A stretch of DNA of 64,000 nucleotides, taken from NCBI RefSeq assembly GCF_026210795.1, contig NC_089431.1:868001-932000 (forward strand), read 5' to 3'. Of this stretch, positions 11,129 to 23,148 are shown piece after piece. Under the pieces are notes generated by a model. The model did not search any database and was not told where the DNA came from. It saw nothing but the letters and a program-made list of their open reading frames with translations. The first letter of the stretch is position 1. The number at the start of each line of letters is the position of its first letter. The stretch comes from Rhizophagus irregularis. Its lineage: Eukaryota. Both the position numbers and the translations under genes were made by a program.

Positions 11129-13530
11129 TGAGGACCCCGAACAATATATATATAGGTCAGATAAAAAATTCAAAATTTACTAAGGTCAATAAGCAAATAT
11201 TTTTCATGTCTGCTAAGCAAACTTTTATCTAACCCATAAATTTTTTACACTGCTAAGCAATTTATTTTATGACATATATATATTTATATATAATTTTTTT
11301 TATAAAATATGTATATAAAAAAAACTAAAAAAACAAAAATTTTTGAAATAAAGTATGGATAAAGTTATTATTATTTTTTTGTAATATTACAACTTATAAA
11401 TGTTTCTTATTACAGTTTACGACATAAATATTCAGAATTTTTATTTTTATGCATAAAGGAGTGCTGTCACACCAAGTCTTGTGCAACCAAAATAATAATT
11501 AAAATGGAAGTTGATCAGCCCTTTTTAAACATAAATATAGCGTGAAAAATTCTCACCTGATTGTTTATCAGCAGCAAAATAAAATTATGGCACCCACTTC
11601 AGTATTTGAAATGCAAAGGTTGACTGTTAAGGAGCTATGGAATAATAATATACGAAAACCCTCTGAAATAATTAAAATGACTGGTTTTCCAAAGTCTACA
11701 GTATATGACATTATCAATCGTCTAAAAAAAACAGGAAGTGTTGAACACTTACCCGTTCCTGGTCGTCCTCTTGTTCTGATACCAAAAAAACGTTGATATC
11801 TTGGCCGTCTTCTTAAAAATGATAATGCAACAACTTCAGCTTTAATGACAACAAAGCTGAATAATTTGTATCCAAATCTTAATGTATCAACCCGAACTGT
11901 ACAATGTACTCTTAAAAATAAACTTAATTATATTGTTTGTAGACCATGGTCTGTTCCTCTTCTTAAAGAAAGTCATGTTGAAGCTCGTCTTCAATGGGCC
12001 TTAAATCACATCCAAGATGACTGGACTCACACAATTTTTTTGGATGAAAGTACATTTCAGACGTTTCGTAATACTCAAATTGTACGTTACAAGGCTGGAA
12101 ACCCACATCCAGTACATCCTATGGTAAAACATCCATATAAGGTTCATGTTTGGGGTGCATTTTGCCGCCAAGGGCCAATTGGAGTTGCATTATTTACAGA
12201 AAACATGAATTCTGCTAAATACTGTGAAATCCTTCAATCTCAACTACTTCCTAATGCTTATCATGCTGGTTATGGATGGAATTTTCAGCAGGACAATGCG
12301 CCAATGCATACCGCGAAGCTTACTCATCAATTTTTTGTGATTAATAATGTTCCGGTTATTGATTGGCCTGCAAACTCACCTGACTTGAACCCTATCGAAA
12401 ATTTATGGGCGATTCTTAAAGGAAATGTAGAAAGAAGGGTTAATAATTGGGTTATGAAAAAAAAATCACTTGGTGCTAATGATTTTCAAGGCATAATTCA
12501 GCAAGAATGGGATAATATTGATAAAAATCTCTTCTTTAGTTTAGCAGATAGCATGTCAGATCGGATTAACATGGTCATAGAAAATAATGGTTATACGATA
12601 AATTACTAACTTTTAAAGTATGTTTATCTGCACATCTTAAGCTATTAATGGTATAAATTTGAAATAAAAAAAATAAAATTTATTATGTTTTTACATATTG
12701 TGATAAAATTCTGGATATTTATGTCGTGAACTGTAATATTTCGTATATCTGTTCTGTGACTTCAGAGCGTAATTTAGGCACTTTAGTCAAAGGAAACATC
12801 TAAAACCTTCTTAAGTAAAGTTGTTCAGCAGGTTCGAATCTACTTACATATAAATTTTTATCACGATTGAATAGATATTTATGGATTTATTCATGTTTTT
12901 TGTAACGCCACCAATACGCGGAATTTTTATTTTTAAAATTTACTGTAAAATTTGTCAAAAAAAATATTTTTAAAAAATTTTCTAAGTAAAAATGAAATAA
13001 CTTTTACTGATTATTACAAAAATTATAGTGTAAAATTATAAAAAAACAGAAAAACACTTATTTTTCTTGCTCTCATTTTTAATATATATTTTTTTACTGT
13101 TACACGGACGCGTATATGATTTATAATTTACGCGGACGCGTATTTGTTTTATCAAAAACATGATACACAATCACGTCTAAAAATGATTCCTGTAATACGT
13201 ATACAATTAACTTATTCTTTGTATTAAAAATAGTAAATTGTTTTTACACAAACATGTTTATAACTTTGTTTACATATTTTATTAAATTTTTTTAATGTGA
13301 AAAATGTAAATATATATTATATTATATATATATATTAAAAAAATCTATCCTGCTACGCAAATATATATCTGACTATTAATAATTTAATACTCTGCTACGC
13401 ATAATTATATCTGACTATTTAAAAATTATGGTATCAAATAAGCAATAATAAATCTCACATAGGAAAAATTTTTATATGTTGGTTAAGCAAACTCAAAACC
13501 TACCTTTATATATATTGTTCGGGGTCCTAG
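11129..13530 (+). mobile_element. Tc1/mariner DNA transposon (full length, inactivated)
   Basis: TIR core aggaccccgaacaatatatata at both ends, TA at 11127-28 and 13531-32, internal transposase. Confidence 0.92.
11587..12609 (+). pseudogene. Tc1-family DD34E transposase with in-frame stop at 11794-11796
   Basis: HTH N-terminus; FLDES, FQQDNA and SPDLNPIEN with 34 residues between D and E. ORFs 11542 and 11845 are in the same frame, split by TGA. Confidence 0.92.
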
Positions 13531-14405
13531 TATATGGATGGAAGTTTTTAGCTTTGAGCTCATTGTTGGAGCAAGTCTAAAGGTTTTTAATGAACACTGT
13601 GAGCACTTCAAAAAAATATGCTTAACTTCATTAATGCTTCATGCTCATGGTGAACATTTGTATTGAGAATAAGTTTATTAATCACTTTGGACCAGATCAT
13701 GAAAATGTAACTACTGTACATATAGTCTATAATAAAAGTAAAGGATGTGCAGTGTTGGTATATAAGGATAGAAAAGTAAGTTTATCAATCTTGAGTACTC
13801 CATGGCAAGATGTGTTTTTTAAACATTCTGATTGATTCTATATGGAAATAATAATTTTTTGTTATGTTGTTAAAGGAAGCTAAAAATATATAGACCTCTT
13901 TATAACCCAGAATCAAAATTTATCTTGTATTAAAATACAATATTTTAGCAGTGGCCAAAATGCTTAATGTTTGTTTCTGATGTGTATGCATTGTGGTGTG
14001 TTTGCATATGAATTGGAAAATAAAATACATGTATCAGTATTTTTAAATTATTGCAGTTTGAAAGAAGCATTGACAAAGATTTACTTAAGTTTCGATTACC
14101 TGAAATGCACAGTATGGATATCAGAAAAAATTTTCGCATAAATGTCAAGTGTCAGCAAATATTTTTTTTCCTTTTGTCTCACATTCTGTCATCCGGTTGA
14201 AGGGATGCCAAAAGATATGATACTACCAATAAAACAATATTCAATCAAATATGGATATTTTTTTACGTGTATGGGATACGCTGTAATGCTGGGGATGTGT
14301 ATGCTAATCTTTTGTCATTTTTATAGATTTGCAAGGGGAATTAACACAATGACAATTTATTTTGCTATAAAAAGAGACTGGATGAATTGTGTTGACCAAA
14401 GCTAA

Positions 14406-14610
14406 CCCTATAAAAAATTTTTATCTGAATATTTCCATTATTTCTCCGTGTCTTCTGTAAATTCTGTGAAAATGATACATTCACGGAATCATGGATATCC
14501 ATGTTAGCGAGATGAAAATTTCCATAATTTAAGGCTATAAATTCCATTAAAATGATACATTCATGGAAAAAATATGGAAAGATAAAACACGGATCAGATT
14601 TTTTACAGGG
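14406..14610. mobile_element. Putative MITE
   Basis: taa|ccctataaaaaat ... attttttacaggg|taa; imperfect TIR with a TAA duplication. Confidence 0.5.
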
Positions 14611-14934
14611 TAATTAATATACCCAATATGTCAGATTCAAAACAAACCAAGACATCAAGAAAAAAAGGCAAAACTCCAAAATCTGTCAACCATCTCTAGA
14701 CAATATCATATGAAGCTATCTTGAAAAATCATGATGATATCGTAGGGGATGAAGAAATTCCAGAGCTAGACCGGGGCACGTTGCTATGCACCTGCGTATA
14801 AATTTTAAAATATTTTTTAAGTTTTATATTTAAAATATATTTAAATTTTATACTTAATTGTTAAATATACTGAAAATTAGGTCAAATGTTACACACGATG
14901 ATCCAATTTACTATTTTTTTTTAAATTATAATAA

Positions 14935-15495
14935 CTAGCAGTAGCCCGTTGCTTCGCATCGGGTATACAGGTATGTATTGTAATTATATTTGATCGTCAT
15001 TTTTGATCACACGTTTATCAAATTTAAATTAATTTTGATGGAAAAAAAGGTTACAGTATGTGATATATATCAGTTATAACTTTAAGTGTAGAATGTATAT
15101 TTAAAATTTAAATAATTTCTGGAAGTCTTGGCAAATAATATATAATTTGACACAATTAAAATTTTTAATTTATAATGTGGATGGTCTTTTTTAATTATTG
15201 CGAAGGTATAATTCCGGCCAGAATTATACAAATTTCCTTTTCCTGCATTAGAATGAATTTGCCGATCAAGTGGTCTTAACTATTAAGAATAGATCAGGCG
15301 CAACGCCATTAGTAATTAACATTGTATGATTTGTATAACGTAATAGATCAGGTGTAAAGGCGCAGATGAATAACGCATTGCACAATTCAAAGATTATTTC
15401 TACAGGCTAATCTAAACGTTAGTCACACAAACACAATTTTTTTAGATAATTAAATAGATTATATAGACAAACAATTTTTTTTTTAATTATATAGA
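14935..15495 (-). mobile_element. Non-autonomous Helitron-like element
   Basis: Minus strand reads A|TCTATATAATT ... CCCGATGCGAAGCAACGGG (hairpin) CTACTG CTAG|T, i.e. 5' TC, 3' hairpin plus CTAG, inserted in an AT target. Confidence 0.65.
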
Positions 15496-16222
15496 TTGGA
15501 AAGAGAAAATCAGCGCGAAATTTTCACGTACTCTCATGAATATTTTTAGAAACATGTACTTTTTTGTATGTTTCCGAAAATTTTCTAAAAAAAAAAATTT
15601 TTTTAGGAGAGTATCACAAAGTTTTTAAGTTTGGCTAACTATTAAAGTATGACAGTTATATATATTAATGCAATTGTGCATTAATTAAAAATTGAACAAT
15701 ATGCGTAAGTTTTACTTTATAGAATCAGTAGGTTATCAGAAGTTTTTGATCGCGCAATACTGAGAAATAAAATATTTGTCGTACATTTGAGCCTAATTTT
15801 TTGTGTATACATTTCACGTTTCTCAAAAATTTCTCCATATTTTCATATTTAGGCACATACGAATATATGAATTGACCTTTTAAAGTTATATCGAGCGATC
15901 TTTACAGTCATACAACAAACACAACTCTGTAGTACATATTATTTGTATTACGATCTTTGTTGGATAAAATTCGATAATTCTTATATAATCTCTTTCGAAG
16001 GCGTCTATGTGAATGTTGTGAACTAAGCGCACAACATATTCTTATCAAAGCCTTTCTCACTATATTGAAATTGATCAAATATGAAAAAATTGCATTGAAC
16101 GAGCCAAATTTGGAGAAATCATTTTATTCACTTCCATTTTATTTATAAAACTAATCAAAAAAAAATTTTTTTTTTTTTCATAATCATTCATGATAAATTA
16201 ACAAATTTTACAATAATAAATA

Positions 16223-17893
16223 ATGACCTTTTGCTTTATTATTTTTATTACTTTCTTGTTTCCTTTTGTTTCAGCACAATTACCTGATGATGATTATTCT
16301 TTAGATGCATTTTCAGGTTATTTCGATATTTTAATTGGTTTTTTGGTTCCATTCCTCGTTTTTATAATTGTAGATTACGATTATGATGATGAAGGTTCAA
16401 AACCAATCGCACAATTAGCTAGGTCACTCATATATTTTTTAATTATTGGCTTACAACAAGAAATAGCTTACGCATTTTCTCCAGATAATGTTTCTAGCCA
16501 TGTTAAAATTTTACAACATATCGTGATTAGTTTATTGTTAATTGGAATTATTGGGGAATTTATCTTACTTATTAAATCAAGAGGAGCAAAAACCGAATCT
16601 TCATCAGATAATGAAGAAGAAGAAGAACGCATTGAATCCCTAAAAAGACATATACGAAAACTATTGCAAGGTTTTAAACGAACCCTTGAACAAAGCATTA
16701 AAACACAAATTCAAAATCTTAAACAAACCCTTGAAGAAAACTTTAATATAAAAATTCAAACCCTTGAAGAGAAATTCAATAATAAATATGAAATTCTTGT
16801 AAAAAGCATTAATAAACATTTTCAAATTCTAGTAGAAAATATTGAAAATCGATTTCAAACTCTAGTAGAAAGTATTAATAAACAACTTGAAAATCTTAAA
16901 GAAGACCTTGAAAAACAAATTGAAACTCTTAAGAAAAGCATTGATAAACAAATTGAAGCTCTTAAAGAGAAATTTGAAAAACAATTTAAAGAACAAACTC
17001 AATCTCTTGAAAAACTTAGGAATGAATATGAACAGAAAGTTAAAACCCTTGAAGAAAGAGTTAAAAACCTTGAAGGAAAAGAAGACCAATCCCAACAACG
17101 TATCATATGTCAATCGATTAATAAGATAGAAAGTAGGAATGCTCTGATGCCTATGCAATATATAAGTTCAACAAACGCTATTAGATCTATGAAACATATT
17201 ATTGAAAAGGGTGAATCACTAAAAATGCAAAAGATGACAGCAGACCTTGAAGAAAAAGAAAATCTAATTTATGGTGAACGTAGTATTCATGTTGGAAATA
17301 CATCAACTAATTCAAAAAGTAAAACTCAAAAAATGGTTAACAAAATTAATGAATTTCTTGATTTTACTAACTTTATTCGTTTAGGTTTCTTACTAGATTA
17401 TTTAGGTTTAATCCTTTTTATAATTTCAATTGGCTTTTTACTTAATGATTTGAAAGGAAGTATTACACGAAGTTTTATCTTAACTATAATTATTACTGTT
17501 TCTATCACATTTTTCTTTCAATTTATGATATTAATTATTGCATATAGTAGAAAAAATTTAAAAAGATATATTAAAGAGCATCAACAATCTTATAGTAATA
17601 TTTTTCCTAAATATCATGCTCATATTACTATTGCAAATGATCTTATAACCACTAATGTACTTTATTTGCCTTCTTTAATCAATTATTTCCTTTTGCAAAC
17701 TCCCGGTATTTTCAATAAGATATTTCTAAATTTAACTGCTTTGTTTGTTAGTTCTTGGATTGTACTTACGTATAAAACAGTTTTAAACAATGAAGGAATG
17801 AAGGAGGAAGGAGGAAAAGAGCCTGAAACTATGGATGAATTGAATGAGGAAATGGAGGAAGGAAAAAAAGAGTCTGATCATGAAAATGTTTAG
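16223..17893 (+). CDS. Multi-pass membrane protein with signal peptide and central coiled coil
   Basis: Intronless 556-aa ORF with hydrophobic N- and C-terminal helices and a central ~11-aa periodic coiled coil. Confidence 0.75.
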   Translation: MTFCFIIFITFLFPFVSAQLPDDDYSLDAFSGYFDILIGFLVPFLVFIIVDYDYDDEGSKPIAQLARSLIYFLIIGLQQEIAYAFSPDNVSSHVKILQHIVISLLLIGIIGEFILLIKSRGAKTESSSDNEEEEERIESLKRHIRKLLQGFKRTLEQSIKTQIQNLKQTLEENFNIKIQTLEEKFNNKYEILVKSINKHFQILVENIENRFQTLVESINKQLENLKEDLEKQIETLKKSIDKQIEALKEKFEKQFKEQTQSLEKLRNEYEQKVKTLEERVKNLEGKEDQSQQRIICQSINKIESRNALMPMQYISSTNAIRSMKHIIEKGESLKMQKMTADLEEKENLIYGERSIHVGNTSTNSKSKTQKMVNKINEFLDFTNFIRLGFLLDYLGLILFIISIGFLLNDLKGSITRSFILTIIITVSITFFFQFMILIIAYSRKNLKRYIKEHQQSYSNIFPKYHAHITIANDLITTNVLYLPSLINYFLLQTPGIFNKIFLNLTALFVSSWIVLTYKTVLNNEGMKEEGGKEPETMDELNEEMEEGKKESDHENV

Positions 17894-18834
17894 AATTAAA
17901 TATAATTAGAAGTTTTTGTTATGACTTTTTATTTATTTGTATTTTTGTTCTTTCCCATTTTTTAGTATAATAAAATATTTAAAAATTTCGCTATATTTTA
18001 ATTTACTGTAAGAATTTCTAATCGCGTGACCGCACAATTTTTGTCGGACTATTTTATGTTAATCTGATATCCATCACAACTAGGGTCGGTTTCCAACCTG
18101 AAAAGTCACGTGAATAAATTTTATTTGTTAAAAAAAAAAAATTCCCAAAATATTAATAATGTCAGTCAAAGATATTGTTCCTATTTGTCCCAAAGCAAAA
18201 TTGCGATTTATTAAAAATTACCTATCAATACATTTAAAGAATAAAAGAAAATCATCCTTACCGTTTTTGATCGTCAATCTATAATTAAAATACACAATCC
18301 CGTGAAAAGTTCTGTATTCGCCTAGACTTTTCTGGATGCCAACGTGTAGGTTATTTAAAGCCAAATTTTAATATTAAGGGCTTATATAAAACTATTTAAA
18401 TAGATTATCTCGTGAGTATTTTAATATTAAAATAATCACGAATAATATTGCACTTGTTGTCTTGTTGTGTACAGGTAAACTCTCTTAGAGTCAGTATGCT
18501 TAAAAAACAGTATTTACATATCAAGTATTTATTTGTTCATTAAATTGCTCGTCGTATTAAATAAAATAATAGAATATCGGCCAAAAATATTGTTCACTAA
18601 ATTGAAAAAAAAATGCGAAAATCATTAAAAATTTCTAAATTTATCACTATCGCCAATAATTAAAGAATAAATAAAAAACTTTAAATCATTCTTACCGTTT
18701 TTGATCAAGTCGATACACATATATAGTTAATATATGAAAATGAAATTATCAAAATTTTTATTGAATTGATCAAATATAGCAATCGATTGGGTGAGTTATT
18801 TTGTTTTCCTCTTCCTTTAATTTAAATATAAAAC

Positions 18835-20061
18835 ATGAAAATTTCCCTTTTTTTTCGCCATCATCACGGCAATCTTTTCACAATAATAGATAATGTCCTT
18901 TTTCTTTACCATCTTTATCACTTTCTTGTGTCAGCACAATTACCTGAAAATGATTATTCTCAAGAAGCATTCTCAGGTTATTTTGATGTTTTAATTAATT
19001 TTATGGTTCCTTTCGTCATTTTCGTAATGGTAGATTTCGATTATGATAAAGAAGGTTCAAAAACAGTCGCTCAATTAGTTAGGTCGCTCATATATTTTCT
19101 TCTCGTCGGCATGCAACAAGAATTAGCTTTTACATTTTCGTCAGTTAAAGTTTCTAACTTTATCAAAGTTTTACAACATATTTTAGTTGCTTTATTATTG
19201 ATTGAAATTATTGGAGAATTTACATTAAGCATTACAAAAGAAAAAAGCTCTATCCGCAATCCATTAAATAATGAAAAAAGCTCTAGTATCCATGAACGAA
19301 AAGTAGAACCTTTATTAAAAAAATCAGAAACTAAGATTTCAATTTCAAGTTCAGCCGATAGGGATACAAAAACTACTATTGAAAACAATGTGCAATCTGA
19401 AGAAAAAGAAAATGAGTTAAAACCAGAACCTAAGATTTTAATTTCAAGTTCAGCCGATAGGTATATGGATGAAATATATGAGCAACCTGAAGAAAAAGAA
19501 AATGTGTTAAAACCAGAACCTAAGATTTTAATTTCAAGTTCAGTCATTGACTGGATTATGGGAAACAAAAGTACTTTTATTCGTACATTATTCTTAATAG
19601 ATTATACATCTTTAATCCTTTTTATAATTTTACTTGGTTTTTTGCTTAATGATTTAAAAGAAATTATTACGCGTAACTTCGTCATAGCTTTAGCTATTTC
19701 TTTTTCTCTTACATTTATTGTTCAATCTACAATATTAATCGTCGCAAATCGTGGGAGCAAATTCAATAATTATATTGTTCATCATCATCAAGTTTATTAT
19801 AAAATATTTCCTAAATATCATGCTTATATCACCATTGTTATTGATATGACAATCACTAATGTGGTTTATTTCCCATCTTTAATTAATTATTTTCTTTTGC
19901 AAACCCCAGATATTTTTAATAAGATATTTCTAAACGTTAGTGCTTTATTTGTTAGTTCTTTGGTTATGCATATGTATAAAATAATTTTAAAAAATGAAGA
20001 AATGGAAAAAAAAGGTGGAAAAGTGGATGAAGGAAGAAAAGGGTCGGAGGATTACGTATAA
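18835..20061 (+). CDS. Tandem paralog of the 16223 membrane protein (signal-peptide region frameshifted)
   Basis: Shares SAQLP.DYS..AFSGYFD, LLNDLK..ITR.F, IFPKYHA.ITI and PSLINYFLLQTP.IFNKIFLN. Confidence 0.7.
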   Translation: MKISLFFRHHHGNLFTIIDNVLFLYHLYHFLVSAQLPENDYSQEAFSGYFDVLINFMVPFVIFVMVDFDYDKEGSKTVAQLVRSLIYFLLVGMQQELAFTFSSVKVSNFIKVLQHILVALLLIEIIGEFTLSITKEKSSIRNPLNNEKSSSIHERKVEPLLKKSETKISISSSADRDTKTTIENNVQSEEKENELKPEPKILISSSADRYMDEIYEQPEEKENVLKPEPKILISSSVIDWIMGNKSTFIRTLFLIDYTSLILFIILLGFLLNDLKEIITRNFVIALAISFSLTFIVQSTILIVANRGSKFNNYIVHHHQVYYKIFPKYHAYITIVIDMTITNVVYFPSLINYFLLQTPDIFNKIFLNVSALFVSSLVMHMYKIILKNEEMEKKGGKVDEGRKGSEDYV

Positions 20062-23000
20062 AATAAAGGAAAATAATGTAGCAATAGAAATAGTGGAAGA
20101 AAATTAAAAAGTCTGACCATGAAAAGTTTGGAATTGAACGCATTTCGATTATAAGTCGGCGTCGCCTAATATTTTATTAAACCTCGCTTGCTGATTTATT
20201 GTCTAGTTATGTGGTTTCTCAATTTAAGCACGAATTAGTATTAATCTTAATAGTCTCTTAGTTTAGTAGCATGTATTAAGTATATAATAAATAAAGTAAG
20301 GTTCTTTGTGACAAATTTGTTCGATCAAAATATGTAGACGTTTAATCAACATCTTTTCCGCGTATAAATAAATAAGGGTTATATAAAGTTTTACTATTTT
20401 TTTTTTTAGATCGGATAATTTGCCATTACTGAATGGCTGTGAAAAGAGAATGATATTCTGATAGGCGGATAATATTTCTTTTGTTATTTGTTTTACTTGC
20501 TTCAACAATTCAGCAGAGCTTGCGTTGGCTGTCATTTCACTCTAAATGCGTTGGTTAACTTCTATTTCATAATTTATACTCATCTCTTTATACAAGAAGA
20601 GTGACCTTTTGCACCTTGTAGCTTGTAGTTGCATTTTCGCTTTAAATTCCATCGATTATTTGAAGTTGTACCTCCCATCATCTGTTAGGTTTAGAAGTGA
20701 AACAGTAAATTTATTTAATGTACTTCTAAAAACCGGTGTTATAATATATAGATCTATATAGCAGCAGCCAGCAAGTTATTGAGCGAATAATTCAAGATAT
20801 TTAATTTCAATCAAAAATCTACCGTTTAATACATATTACTATTGTTGTTACCTTACAACTTTGACTAATATTTAGTATTTCATCTATAGTGATACAGACG
20901 ATTTACTAGGCTTGTTCAATTCTGATCGTTCTGGTTTTTTGATCGAAAATCCATTAATCAATCCTATCATGTGAACAAAATCAAAATTGAGTTACTTTGA
21001 TCAGCTTATTGAACGGTTAACCTTGGTCACCTTATATAAAATATTTTTCTTTTTAAAATTTTAAAAATGGTAAATAAGCAATACCATAAAGGTATATTAA
21101 ACTTTTTGAGGGCGCGTATTAAAACTTTACTAGACACCAAACACGTTAAAAAAAGGTGATCAAAATGATACCACATTTTTTGTTGTTCGGAAAGTTCAGG
21201 TTGTTGATCAGGTCACACAATTTCAAACGAACGGATCAGAATTGCTGCTGATCAAGTTGATCAACACGTACGATATCTGTTGGCTGTTGCACAATATCAA
21301 AACGAATTTTTTTACGATTTCTTTATTCTTATTTTCACAGAAAAAAAGTTTAATTTATGGAAGGTAATTATTCTATTTTTTACAATTAAAAAAAAATAAG
21401 GTTCTAGTTTATTATATATATAAGAATATTTTAATTGTTCGAAACCTGTGCATTTAACTTATAGTTAGTTTTATGCAGTAAGGCCGGACATAGAACAAAC
21501 TTAAACATCTAAAAAAAACTTCTCTTTGTTTGCAAGCATTTAGAATTGTTATGTTTTAGATGAGATCTCTTTTATGTTCAAGTTTCATAGTTTTGAAATA
21601 TTGACAAAGGCAGAGATCAACAATTATTAAAAATTTATTTACAATTACAGTAGCTAATTATTAATTTTTTTTTTTCCTTTTTTCGTGTTCTGATCTAAGT
21701 AAAACAGAAATATCTACAACTTATTTTTAAAAAAAATGAATTAGCATATTGCCAATTTTTACGTGAATGTTTTACGTATTGTGCTGGAGCACCATCAGAA
21801 GTTGCGTACAGCCATCGCCACAAACTAAATATCTTGGAGCTATTAGATCTTTGATTTTTGGATAATTTGTCAAGGATTTATTTATTAGTAGTAAGTATAT
21901 TCATTCATACATTTTATATTACGGTGCTTTGGCAAGAGCTTTTTTGAGTTAAAGTTACTCCTAAAAGTGGATTATACAAAGCAATAATAAATAACATTGT
22001 TTTTTGGTATATTTTATATACTACTAAAACCCAGCAAAAATTTCATAGTTATGATATTTTTGTGAGGATAGGTGTTGACATTTTAGGAATGTGGAATGAT
22101 TAACTAAATTTCTTTTATTAAATAATATAGAAATCGATGGTCAACGACGCGTAATGATGGTTGAAATGGCGAAAGAAATAACATAAAGATTCTAACCTAC
22201 GATCATTTGGAATCAGTGTTCTGCATATAACATTAAATTAATTATTACGTATAGACCAGAAGTATCATCAGTTATATTCAAAACAAAATCTTCCTTATCT
22301 GGATTAATTGGTAATAAAATTTATTATTTTGAATAAAATATATTTAATAATTTAATTAACACAAAAATTTAAAATTATTGTAATAGCTTCGAAAATATAA
22401 TGTCAGCAGCAGCAGCCAGTAACCATTTTAGGAATTTCGTGTCGGACTTTAAGATAGTTATAGTTTTCTTGTTGAATTTTTTCTTTCTATTCCTCCAAAC
22501 AACCTTACTTATTACAAGAATAATTGTCTTCATATTGGGATGATGCACGTCGTGTCGCTTTACTCCAACATATCATTGCCTCATTTCTCGCTTAATATTA
22601 TTAGGGAACCTCTTGTGTACAGTAGTATATAATATATAAGTCTTATTCGCGAAGAAAAAAATATATCCTTGGATTTTTTAATGGTGATTAACGGGATATG
22701 TAGAAACCATCATTAAAATTGTATATTGAGGTGATGCAAATTTTATTATTAGATAAGTTCTATAATACATACGTTCCTGTCGTATAATTTAAATATATTG
22801 AATTAAAATATTTTAGGGTAAAGTGTAAATGATCTTTTTTTTTTAAATTGTTAAATTATGATAAATTGGAATTTAATAAAAATAATATACCTATTCCGAA
22901 AAAAAAAGGATCCCACCTTTCTTGCCACCTGATTTAACCTGATTAACCTGATTAACCTTCATGATGTATGTGATGATTAATAAATGTTATAATGAATTTT

Positions 23001-23148
23001 TTTTTGCGTAACTTGATTTTAATTAGTTGAATCTTTGATGGTTTTTTTTTATTTAACGTAGAAAAAAAAAACGCCTAAAAAAAAAAACTCCTAATCTTCT
23101 AATCCCTTTAATCTCCTAAATAATCTCCTAAATAATCTTCTAATTTCC

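Noticed and set aside
10880..14405. Coding-like remnants flanking the Tc1 insertion (ORFs 13641, 13945, 14142)
   Set aside because: Multiple stops and no recognisable motif, so no product can be assigned.
16468..19568. Antisense or alternate-frame ORFs over the membrane-protein genes (and similar ones over EPL1 and the LINE)
   Set aside because: They are shadows of repetitive or biased coding sequence with no independent motifs.
20263..20680. 90-aa minus-strand ORF and upstream fragment
   Set aside because: No recognisable domain or clear exon structure.
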